From: Macrostomum lignano
Lineage: Eukaryota
Length of the DNA stretch: 64,000 nt
Assembly (NCBI GenBank): GCA_002269645.1
Contig: NIVC01000632.1
Span: forward strand, 124,001-188,000
Direction of reading: 5' to 3'
In this document: piece by piece, positions 1 to 19,496 of the stretch
Layout: each line of letters opens with the position of its first letter
How positions within the stretch are numbered: the first letter of the stretch is position 1
The notes under the pieces: generated by a model
Told to the model about the DNA's origin: nothing
The model's input: only the letters and a program-made list of their open reading frames with translations
Database searches by the model: none
Program-made: the position numbers and the translations under genes

Positions 1-233
1 ACACGGGCACCCGGGACAGGTTGCCGCGGTACTCTTCTCCATCCGGAGTTATTCGGCACACGTTCAAAGGCACTGCAACGGAAGAGGGGTCGAATTTGAT
101 AAAATAAAGACTGCCAGAGCTCGGACTAGGTCCCGTCCCGAGTTCTGACGTAAACCCCGTGTACCGACACAGAAACCCGCACTCAGGGACTACTAAATAC
201 TCCTGATGCTTGCCCCCACTGTTCGGGACAAGC
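1..233 (-). CDS. Probable internal exon of the left DEG/ENaC paralog, containing the start of a kringle-like domain (truncated by window edge)
   Basis: Hand translation of minus strand: LVPNSGGKHQEYLVVPECGFLCRYTGF...VCRITPDGEEYRGNLSRVPV. The end matches the kringle N-terminal C-x5-G-x2-YRG motif and aligns with TCRTSQSGEEYSGSLASVPI in exon 2 of the neighbouring paralog. The acceptor is uncertain (ttttcgtccag ending at 234, or tttag/tag near 190-193). Confidence 0.6.
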
Positions 234-361
234 CTGGACGAAAATTACCAGTCGGAAGTTTTTTGAAAAATGACTTTTCAGGCAGTCTGCAAATCTCTGA
301 AGTTGTCCAAGATGGCAGGATGAAACAGCAACGAACGTGTCTCAAATGAAACTCAAACTTG

Positions 362-895
362 TGTTGTCAGCTGCGCTTTACAATGCCCTTATAGCCCGAC
401 CCTTTCGCTCTCCGCCTCTCCTCTCCCTGCCGCTGGCTCATTCTAGACTGCCCCTGTCTGAAGTTGCCATTCTTGTTTTCGTTTAAGATGTCTCGTAGTT
501 TGTATTTAAATTGGCTGCCCCTTTCAGTTCCTCTCTCGTTTCGGCCAGTCCAATCATGTCTCTGGATTGGCTTCCCCCTCTCTTTCTTTTGCCCTTCAAC
601 TCGGTGAGTTTTGCCCCCCCCCTTAGCCCGCGTGGCTAAGCCCCACCCAGCCCCCGCTCTCACTGAGTGCTGCAGTGTTTATGCGCGCGCACGGCCCTTG
701 CCCGGCTCTCACCTCCCTCTTGCAGGATTGTAGGAGTGTCAGTACGCTCCCGGCCCATCCACTTCCGCCCCGCAGTGTTTGTGCGCCTAGGGGTCCCCTC
801 CTATCACACTCGGCAGGCTCTAGACAGTCCATGCAGTACCCGAACCCCAATCACCCCGTCTGCGGTCCGCACGGATGGTAGCGGAAACTACAACA
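362..895. mobile_element. Probable solo LTR
   Basis: Termini TGTTGT...ACAACA form a 6-bp inverted repeat. 4-bp flanks CTTG/CTGG differ by one base. No coding capacity. Confidence 0.4.
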
Positions 896-979
896 CTGGC
901 TCTATTTGCAAGCTGAAAGTCTAAGACTGAAAACTTCGACATTGAAGTTGCAGCGAAAACCAGTCTCCAGCGAAATCTG

Positions 980-1903
980 GGGGGTCTTTCTCGAAAGCAA
1001 CTTACGATCGACCATAGACGTAAGTTGGGTAAGCTACACTAACGGGTTGCTCGAAGGGCTCGCAAGTTAGCTATGCGTAAGATTGATCGCAACTTTACGA
1101 GTTCGTAACTTTGCGCAAAAGACTGTTTCTCAAAACGTTCGTATGTCTATGGTCTTTCGTAAGGTTGATCTTAACCCTACGACTGCTCGGTATCAGTCGT
1201 AAGACGCACTTAAGCACTAATCGCATAGTACGTGAAGCTTTAGTCAAGCCAAGTCAAGTTAAACTTTATCGAAGGTGGGTCTTTCTCGGAAGCAACTTAC
1301 GACAGACTAAGTAAAGATATTTGCAGATTTAAGACCATAGACATGCAACTTTTCGTTTCAGATACGACTTACGAACAGCGTAAGCCCATGGATGAATGAA
1401 TAGAATGGATTGCTATTCTGGCTCTGGCTATTTTCGTTTTTGACTCTTTTGCATCCGGTTCCCCCCCGTGCCTTTTCATTGGTTGATGATTGCCATAGAC
1501 AATTTTCGGCCTTCGCCCCTTTCTTTCGATGCACAAGCGAAAAGAACTGAGAATGTCAGTTACTTGCAGAGAATATCGAGCGCTCGTAGGTCTTCCCCCT
1601 TTATTTCAAAACACGAGCGAAAGCGCTTGTGCATCGAAAGAAAGGGGCGAAGGCCGAAAATTGTCTATGGCAATCATCAACCAATGAAAAGGCACGGGGG
1701 GGAACCGGATGCAAAAGAGTCAAAAACGAAAATAGCCAGAGCCAGAACAGCAATCCATTCTATTCACCCATCCATGCGTAAGCCACGCAAAGTCTAAGTG
1801 AGTTTTGAGAAAGCGTCTTACGAGCAAACTTACGCTACACGTAAATTTCTTTCTTACGATCTAACTTACCATAGAACTTACGTGAGTTTCGAGAAACACC
1901 CCC
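980..1903. mobile_element. PIF/Harbinger-like MITE
   Basis: TIRs GGGGGTCTTTCTCGAAA / TTTCGAGAAACACCCCC (17 bp, 1 mismatch), flanked by 3-bp TSD CTG (977-979 and 1904-1906). An internal copy of the left end lies near 1278-1303. Confidence 0.8.
1387..1776. mobile_element. P-superfamily-like (or hAT) foldback MITE nested inside the Harbinger MITE
   Basis: ~150-bp near-perfect inverted arms (CATGGATG...CATCCATG) with an ~80-bp spacer. Perfect 8-bp TSD CGTAAGCC (1379-1386 and 1777-1784). The 5'-CATGG terminus fits the P-type CANRG signature. Confidence 0.8.
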
Positions 1904-2115
1904 CTGAACTACCTCGTATTTTCGAGTGTTGCGTCCTTCGAGTTTAGTTGTCTATGGTTCAGGAATCCTCGTGTCCATTATTTCTTACTTCGTATTTTCA
2001 TTATATCTTACTTCATGTGCATGATTTGGGCTTCAGCACTGCCGCTGCCAATGAAGACCTCCTTCCAGGAGGTCTGAAAGAGTGCACTTCTGTTATCTAC
2101 TCAATGCACACTTAC

Positions 2116-2602
2116 AGGTGTTGTCATAATGCAGTGCATCAGTCACGTTCTCTTCCACAGCCGTGATCGCATCCAGCAGCTCCACGGCGGGCACGCCGTA
2201 CTGAACGGCGTCCGATCTGAAAACGTCGAACTTCATCTGTCGCTTGCAGTCGGAGTCGCAGGTGATCTGCCGGGTCAGGGAAAAGATGTCCACCTGAGGA
2301 CTGGCTCGGCTCATGGTCACAGTGTCCGTGGGACAGAAGTACACGTCGGGAAACTCGAACGGCAGCGAGGTGGATAGGCTGGTGGAGAGCGGCACGCTGG
2401 CGAACTGCAGGCCCAGGGTGTACATGTGGTAGGTGAACCCGCCGTAGGTGCCCAGCAGGAAGCAGAGCCACAGGGTTCTGCCGAAGTTGCTGGCCTGGGC
2501 CCCGAATCTGCCCAGTCCGTGGGCGGTGGTGTAGTTGCAGAACTCATTCAGGTAGCTGCGACGGACGCTGCCGTCAGATGCTTCGTTGCTCCTCTCGGAC
2601 AT
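2116..2602 (-). CDS. DEG/ENaC (ASC family) channel subunit, paralog 1, first coding exon (gene continues past window start)
   Basis: MSERSNE...FCNYTTAHGLGRF (HG gating motif), TM1 WLCFLLGTYGGFTYHMY, and post-TM1 FPDVYFC. GTAAGT phase-1 donor at 2115, at the same position as in paralog 2. Confidence 0.88.
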
Positions 2603-3264
2603 GAGTAGATTTTTCTTAATGAGGTATATCTATCTGCAAAGTCCAACAGCTGGTCACTTTAACAGATAGAGAGCTGGGCAGCCAGATGCTCAGTATTTAC
2701 GCAGTACTACACATGCAGCTGGCTAATTACCCCCATTTTTAAAACCAGCATTCGTGCAGTTTTGTTTGTCAAGATACATCTGACTTCATGTGCTCAACAG
2801 TTTGCAATTAATTAAACAGGGGGTTGAAATTATAAATTGTATTCACGAAATTTCCAGCTTCCTCAACCCCGGCATGGGGCTTTATAACTAACTAGCCGCA
2901 CATAAAAAGTTTGGCATTTAATTTCTGCTATCTAGCTTGTAAGTCTCAAAACTACCCAATCTACACGGCATATAGAAACGGCTGGGAAGCGGAACCGCCG
3001 ATAAATGAACTGGTGTATCCAGCGCAGCACTAGACATACTGAGCGAATTAACTATGAAAAAATTAAGCCACAGCCCCAGCAGATCTGGCTGTGATTGGGT
3101 GGCAGCTCCGAGCTGCTCTAGAAATGCAGGATGAGAGTTGCGACCACCACATAGTCAGCACAGGACAAGCTGCAGTTGTGTAGGACTTTTACCCAGACAA
3201 TGGTAGAGAGTTCAGTAATGCACCTCAATTTCTTTAGGATTTTTAGGTAACGTTCAGGGGGGGG

Positions 3265-3615
3265 GGGCCGTAGCCCAGCGGTCTAGCGCAGGCTCTGGTC
3301 TGCCAGCGACCCAGGCTCGATCCCAAGTGCAGTCACATTAATCTGGGGCTGAATTGGAATCTCGGCTTGGCTCTGCTCGTGCAATTAACGGCCTTGAGAG
3401 CCAACCCCCCAAGGCGCAGTGAAGTAACTAATGATAAAATAAAGTTAGGGCCGCTGTACACTCCTGTGTGAGTGTGTGCCTGCGTACGCATCCACGCGCT
3501 TGTATGCCTGCTCAGGGGAGTCGGCGGAATGGGCAGTAATGCCTCTCGCTGATTGTGTGCCAATGTCGCTTAAAGTGCGCCAGGGTGCACACAATCCCCC
3601 TGCCTCTAAGAAAAA
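3265..3615 (+). mobile_element. tRNA-derived SINE, family A (copy 1)
   Basis: A-box-like TAGCCCAGCGG and B-box-like GGCTCGATCCC head. Body (GCTCAGGGGAGTCGGCGGAATGGGCAGTAATGCC...CTTAAAGTGCGCCAGGGTGCACAC) is shared with copies at ~34355 and ~58968. Confidence 0.75.
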
Positions 3616-4652
3616 GTTAAATAACGTTCAAGCCTGAGGGAGATACTTTTTACGGACCCCTTTGGGAGGCTGCCACTACCCGTTATGAGCGGGCACATCA
3701 TCACTTCCAACTCTTATACTCGGCGGGCCCTGATGATCGGGAGTTGTTTGAGCTATTCGGGAAGTCGAAGATGGGACTCTGCTTGGGCGTTCATTTAGAG
3801 TCTGCTACACCAACCAGAGGACTTTTCAGCCGTGGATCCTTTGTGGTTGCGACTGACAAAGATACGCTCAGCGTACGTACAGACTACTAAGTCATAGTAT
3901 ACAGACTACTAAGAATAATATGAGGGCACGTGAGCTCCATGGTTTCCAGATGCTTATTGCCAGTCCATGGATGCTACGTCCGAAGTTGATTATCAACTTA
4001 AGCTGAAAAGCCACCTGCAGCGGGGAGCCAGGTATCATGCTACAGGTACCTTATAATATTCTAATATCTAAAAATTCGAATATTCGAACCCAGGTCTCAG
4101 TCGTCGAATTTGAATTCTTCATTCGATCGGCAGTGTTGGCACACCAGCTTTTCTGGTGTCACAGCATAATTGTGTATTTTAGTCCAAATGTACTTTTGCG
4201 AATTAGCAGAAAAGCTGGAGTGGCGGAGAATCACAAGTTTTAACTCGTCATGATGCTCCGCACATAAAGAAACAATTTACAGGTTAATAGCTCGTACAGG
4301 CTTTAAACTTTATACGTAGAAGCGTTTTTCAAATGTCAAGTTCTTTTATACGTTTTTCAACTTGGTTGACTCGAAATACCATGGCATGTGTAAAATTTCA
4401 AAGCGTTTCATTCAAGTAAAGAAAAGTTACAGCGGCTTTGTTAAAATCCACATGTGAATGTCGAGGATTAATTTAGCTGACGCATCCGGGAGACTGGGAG
4501 CTGAGTAAGAGCTGGGAGATGCACAGCCACAGGTCTCTGGGCGTATGCTGCTCGGGGAGGAACTTCTGGTGTACGCGAGTACATTAAACTATTTGAATAG
4601 AAGCTCTTGTATTTCCGTAACGTGGTCATATAATAATAACAAGGTAACGAGT

Positions 4653-4926
4653 AATTGATTACACCTGCCCAATGGGCATTTATGCCTCATCTGCAGCTAT
4701 CGCGCGGCGCATCGGAAGGCTGCGTACGGCTGTTCAGTCCAAGGACTGGGTGGTCACCACACACACCCTCAATTACCCCAGCTAGTACTGGTATCCATTT
4801 TACAGCCGCGTGAACTGAAGCAATATAGAGTTAAGTGTCTTAAGCACAAGATGTTCCGAGTGGTCGAGAATTGAACCCCCGACCTTTCAGTCGTGAGTCC
4901 GACGGTCTAACCACAGGCTACAACCC
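4653..4926 (-). mobile_element. tRNA-derived SINE, family B (copy 1)
   Basis: Reverse complement gives a tRNA-like head (GGTTGTAGCC...GGTTCAATTC), a CORE-like middle and the same 3' part as the copies at 10956 and 17478. Confidence 0.75.
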
Positions 4927-5529
4927 CTTATGGTCATATTTAACTCTGTGTCAGTTCATACTGCTTCTGTAATTGTGGAATTTGTGGAATATTTACAACC
5001 CGTAAGTTTTGTCCAGCTGCCCGACTGCTTGGGAGGGGTCGACATCAAGTTAATTCTAGACATTGCAAGGCCTAAGCTTGGTGACCTAAATATTTGTGAG
5101 CACAAAGGGAGTACAAACTGTTGACGAAATTGATTAGTAAAACTAGATTTTCTAACTAGATTTGATCCAGGGTTACTAGATCCAGGGTTACTTTTTGTAA
5201 AGTGTAAATGATTCTCAGGAAAAGGAGCTTGGTTCATCTTGTTCTTATTGCTGTTGTAGTTGTTTTTGTTGTCTTGTCTTGTCGGCGTGAGGCGTGGCAC
5301 TCTCCAAGCCGCACTAATCTGACGACTGCAACTCTTGGGCCCTGTTATCGCCGTTAGGCATGGAGCCACCCAAGCTGCAATCGCCTGACCTTTGGTACCC
5401 GGAGAGCAGTTCACCAGGTTGTTGTTGTTTCCGTGCGGTTCTGTGAAATAAAAAGTCTTTGAAATGAAAGTTGAAATAAAAACAGCAGTCATATTCCTTT
5501 GGAAAAATGGACTCAAGTAATTTTTTTAA

Positions 5530-6355
5530 TGTTGTATCCCTGCAGCCCCCGGCCCGGCAGTAGGGTGGTACTACAGAGTACAGTACTGGGTAAGGGCGGG
5601 TCCTTGCTTAGCCTGCGCTCGGGCGCTAGGGCGAGCAATTCCCAAAGTCTGGGGCGTCAGGACGCACCCACGCAGCCTTCGGGACGCAGTGGTGTCGTCC
5701 GCCTTCAGCGAGGCGTCGGGACGCGCTGGCTGGCGTACAGAAGTATGTACGTACGATTTGTACCTTACCGACGTCCCCCTCTAATCGAGCCGAGTCGGCG
5801 TCAGGACACACGGACTCTCTTTCACCGCCTAGGCAACCGAAATAAGGAAGGCAGAGTGCGCACTTACTCAACTGGCGGCTGTCGCCCAGGGCCGGTACGA
5901 ATTGGTGGCCTTTCTTGATTTATTTTGCTGTGCAGCAGTATGGCCGTAGCCTTGGCAGTAGGGAGCCGTCTAGCTAGTTTGGCTAGTTAGCTGGTTAAAT
6001 TTCAGAGTAGTAAGAGCGAGGGATAGCCAAGAGGCGCACCGCCCCAACCCGCTGCGAGCGTTGCTAAATAGCACACGCCCGCGCAGGGGGGATGGCCACA
6101 CGCTCTCCAGCGCACTACCCCACCAACCCCGAGCCAACCACCCCGCCCGGGGACGGCAGCACCAAACCCGCCGCCAGGCTCCGCCAATCGCTAACACGGC
6201 TGAGTTGGCCCAACCAATCGCCGCGCAGGGCGAGAGAAATAATACCAGACTTAAGCCACTGGCTGCGGCATACGCGAGTTATAAAAAAATGGATGCGAAC
6301 AGGGGTGACTCAACCCGTCTGGGAGGGCAAGGTGCACTTGCACTGCGACACAACA
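5530..6355. mobile_element. Probable solo LTR
   Basis: Termini TGTTGT...ACAACA. Two CCAAT boxes (~6184, ~6213) and TATAAAA (~6280) lie inside. Flanks TTAA/TTCA form an imperfect TSD. Confidence 0.4.
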
Positions 6356-6464
6356 TTCAGTATGTCATCTGAACTTTTAGTTACAGGTAGCTATGGTTGG
6401 TTTTAAAACTGTTGTGATATTATATTTATATAATGATATCAGGTTTTATGGCTAGCTACTCAGT

Positions 6465-6670
6465 TTGATGGGATTTCACTGCATGGGATCTCACTGGATG
6501 AGATCTCACCGGATCGGATCTCACTGGATAGGATTTCACTGGATGGGATTTCACTGGATGGGATTTCACTGGATGGGATCTCACTGGATGGGATCTCACT
6601 GGATGGGATCTCACTGGATGGGATCTCACTGGACGGGATATCACTGGAAGGGATCTCACTGGATGGAATC
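6465..6670. repeat. 15-bp minisatellite (GGATGGGATCTCACT)n just downstream of the DEG/ENaC stop codon
   Basis: Visible tandem array; same family as 42095-42570, in opposite orientation. Confidence 0.9.
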
Positions 6671-6683
6671 TCAGTCTGGTGCT

Positions 6684-15660
<8,977 letters not shown>

Positions 15661-16009
15661 GATTTTAATATTTTCCAGTATCAATGGGGATTCTGCTTGA
15701 CTCTATTTGGCAAGAAATTTGCAACCCTAATCAGATAAACTGCGTTGAGTAACTGCTCAATTTTATAGGCTGATAAGAGGCACATGATCCCAAAACCCCG
15801 GCGATTGGTCGAGAATCGCTGACCAGAGTGACAAGGCAAATTTGTTTATCATATCTCCCACTTCATGGAGTTCTACTGGCTCCATTCCAAATCCAGATTC
15901 AAGGGGCGTTGCCATGAATTTTATGGGGGGGGGAAACCACGAATTCAAAATGTACATGACTAAATTTCTACATTTCCATTATTTTGAGAATCGTGTTGTC
16001 AGCCCTCAT

Positions 16010-16310
16010 TTTGGCGCTGCAGGCATTACTTGTGGCGCCGCAGGCATTACTTTTGGCGCCGCAGGCGCTACTTGTGGCGCCTCATGCATTACTTTTGGCG
16101 CCGCAGGCATTACTTGTGGCGCCGCGGGCATTACTTGTGACGCCGCAGGCATTATTTTTGGCGCTGCAGGCATTACTTGTGGCGCCGAAGGCATTACTTT
16201 TGGCGCCGAAGGCATTACTTTAGGCGCCGAAGGCATTACTTTTGGCGCCGCAGGCATTACTTTTGGCGCCGTAGGCATTACTTTTGGCGCTGCAGGCGCT
16301 ATATTTTGGC
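16010..16310. repeat. 21-bp minisatellite (GGCATTACTTTTGGCGCCGCA)n
   Basis: About 14 tandem units. Confidence 0.92.
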
Positions 16311-16799
16311 GCCCCGAAGAAAACTATTGATTTATCACGAGTCACAGGGTGGGGTGGGGACGAAGATCCATGGTCGCAGATTTTAATTTTATTTTGCTGG
16401 TTTCCCACCAAGATTTCAGGTTGGCAACTCCGAGTATTGTGCTTTAGGCAAGGTGTTTCTAATCCAGGTTTTCAAAGTTAATACTCCATGAAATAACAAA
16501 CTGAACTCTGTAAAAATGCCACCATCAATCTTCATTCCTTCCTATCTGCAATTGCAGCTCCGGCCTTTTCATTAGAGTTATACCACTGCCTGAACCGGTT
16601 GCGGTCGGGGCCTTTAAAGTCATTACATTTACAGTCCATGTTTTATTGCTCTAGCGGTCACTGCAGGTCAGATGCGGATCTTGCCGGCTTGGAGTTCAAA
16701 ATGCAATTTAGTCAATTCATTGCCTCTCTCAGTGCTCTAGCAGTCTATTAGTTATTAATTATTATAACATAGTCGTAGAGAGCCCTTTGTTTGCAGAGA

Positions 16800-17285
16800 A
16801 ATTCAATACCTCTACCTTTTACCCTCTACCCTCTACACTCTATATCCTACACCCCCTACTCTCGATCCTGTCTACCCTCTACCATCTACTCTTTACCACC
16901 TACCTTCTTCCCTCTACCCTCTATCCTTTACCCTCTACCCTCTAAACTCTACCCTCTATTCTCTACCCTCTAAACTCTACACTCTAAACTCTACCCTCTA
17001 TCCTCTATCCTCTACCCTCTACCCTCTACCCTCTGCCTTCTACCCTTTACCATCTACCCTCTACCCTTTACCTCTACACTTGACATTTTAACATCCTACC
17101 CTCTACCCTCGATCCTCTACCTACCTTCTTTACTTCTATACTATACGCTTTACTATCCATCTGTTTACTATCCATCTGTTTACTATCCATCTGTTTACTA
17201 TCCATCTGTTTACTATCCATCTGTTTACTATCCATCTGTTTACTATCCATCTGTTTACTATCCATCTGTTTACTATCCATCCATC
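16800..17285. repeat. (CTCTACC)n degenerate repeat followed by a 15-bp minisatellite (TTTACTATCCATCTG)n
   Basis: Visible tandem arrays. The 15-mer is a close variant of the reverse complement of the 23040-24115 unit. Confidence 0.88.
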
Positions 17286-17477
17286 CATATTTACTAAACT
17301 ACAGCCACTAGCCCTTAAATGCAATAATCTATCGATCCCCAAGCTCTATTGTCTGTCGTAATGACAGAGTCAACCCAAACAAACTATCGGCTAAAAATCT
17401 GCGTTTTATAGACTCTAAACAGCATAGAAACAACTAACTACCTGCCTAACTACTGTTGTTAAATTAATGGGGTTGTA

Positions 17478-17775
17478 GGGTTGTAGTCTAGAGGTTACAG
17501 CGTCGGAGTCACGATTTAAAAGGTCGGCGGTTCGATTTCCAATCCCACTGGAACAATTTGTGTCCTTGAGCAAGACACTTAACTCTGCATTGCTTCAGTT
17601 CACCCAGCTGTAAAATGGGTGCCAGCATTAGCTGGGGTAATTGAGGCTGTGTGGCAACCCCCCAGTCCTTGGACTGAACAGCCGTACGCAGCCTTCAGAT
17701 GCGCCGCGCAATAGCTGAGGCTGAGTTGTCGGTTGCACATCTGGCCATTAGGGCAGGTGGAATCAATTATAATTA
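17478..17775 (+). mobile_element. tRNA-derived SINE, family B (copy 3, full length)
   Basis: Head GGGTTGTAGTCTAGAGG...GGTTCGATTTCC, CORE-like middle, and (ATT)n tail. Confidence 0.78.
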
Positions 17776-18034
17776 TTATTATTAAATTAATAATATTAAC
17801 AACCTGCGCCTTTAGTAACCAGCTGATTAATCGATCAAGAATTTATCCTAGATTATGTAAGTTTTATTGGCACTTCGAACAATAAATTTCATAATTTATT
17901 ACAGTAATAGCTTATCTGCCATGGAGAAGACTGCGGAAAAATATTTGATCAAATAAAATTGAACATAAATATTGCCTAAAATATCGTAGCATTCGATGTT
18001 TCCAGTGCTACTGGTTAAAGTAGTAAGCTTCGGA

Positions 18035-19070
18035 TCAACTGGGCGCTATTGGGATCAACTGGGCGCTACTGGGATCAACTTGGCGCTACTGGGATCAACT
18101 GGGATCAACTTGGCGCTACTGGGATCAACTGGGCGCTACTGGGATCAACTGGAATCAACTTGGCGCTACTGGGATCAACTGGAATCAACTTGGCGCTACT
18201 GGGATCAACTGGGCGCTACTGGGATCAACTGGGCGCTACTGGGATCAACTGGGATCAACTGGGATCAACTTGGCGCTACTGGGATCAACTGGAATCAACT
18301 TGGCGCTACTGGGATCAACTGGGCACTACTGGGATCAACTGGGATCAACTTGGCGCTACTGGGATCAACTGGGCGCTTCTGGGATCAACTGGGCGCTACT
18401 GGGATCAACTGGGCGCTACTGGCATCAACTGGGCGCTACTGGCATCAACTGGGCGCTACTGGCATCAACTGGGCGCTACTGGCATCAACTGGGCGCTACT
18501 GGCATCAACTGGGCGCTACTGGCATCAACTGGACATTACATCAGCTGGTATACATGTCACAGTGCATAAAAAATCATTTCAGGATTGAAATTAAATTTCA
18601 ATTTCATTTTCAAACTATGAAAACTAGTTTCAACTGGATCAACTGGGATCAACTGGGCGCTACTGGGATCAACTGGGCGCTACTGGCATCAACTGGGCGC
18701 TACTGGCATCAACTGGGCGCTACTGGCATCAACTGGGCGCTACTGGCATCAACTGGGCGCTACTGGCATCAACTGGACATCACATCAGCTGGTATACATG
18801 TCACAGTGCATAAAAAATCATTTCAGGATTGAAATTAAATTTCATTTTCATTTCCAAACTATGAAAACTAGTTTCAACTGGATCAACTGGGATCAACTGG
18901 GCGCTACTGGCATCAACTGGGCGCTACTGGCATCAACTGGGCGCTACTGGCATCAACTGGGCGCTACTGGCATCAACTGGACATCACATCAGCTGGTATA
19001 CATGTCACAGTGCATAAAAAATCATTTCAGGATTGAAATTAAATTTCATTTTCATTTCCAAACTATGAAA
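18035..19070. repeat. Compound repeat: 10/20-bp GGGCGCTACTGG(G/C)ATCAACT array interleaved with three copies of an ~100-bp AT-rich block
   Basis: AT-rich blocks start at 18539, 18783 and 18987. Confidence 0.9.
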
Positions 19071-19496
19071 AAATTCTGCATGTCATTTTACAATTTTTTA
19101 TCGAAATTTAAGAAGTTTCCGACTTGCATTCCAGTCCAGGGGTTCCAAAACGTCCATGGCTCAGTCCAGAGACATCCACGTCTGAGGTCCTTGTCCTCAC
19201 GGCCCATTAGCAAGGCTGCCGCTTGATTTGACGGCGCAGATAACTACTGAACGCATTCTTGCGATTTTGCTTTCAGTTGAAAAGCAAAGATTGACGCGGG
19301 GGGGGGGGCTGGGCCAAGGAGAACTGAACTGGAATCTGGGAAGCCGTAGTTATTGTGTCTGTATTTTATCAAATCTATCATAATCAATACTTTTAAGTTT
19401 TTGAAATTTGGAAGCTGACTCAGCTCTCCGCATCCCATTTCACCGAAATCCCAGAGATTACCGAGCGAACTGGTTTTGACAGAAGATTTGCAAATC

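Noticed and set aside
3725-3790. CTGATGA hammerhead-ribozyme core
   Set aside because: No paired stem II followed by GAAA, and no closing stems found.
4956-5516. 186-aa minus-strand ORF between the DEG/ENaC paralogs
   Set aside because: Low-complexity Asn/Lys stretch, TTG start and no recognisable domain.
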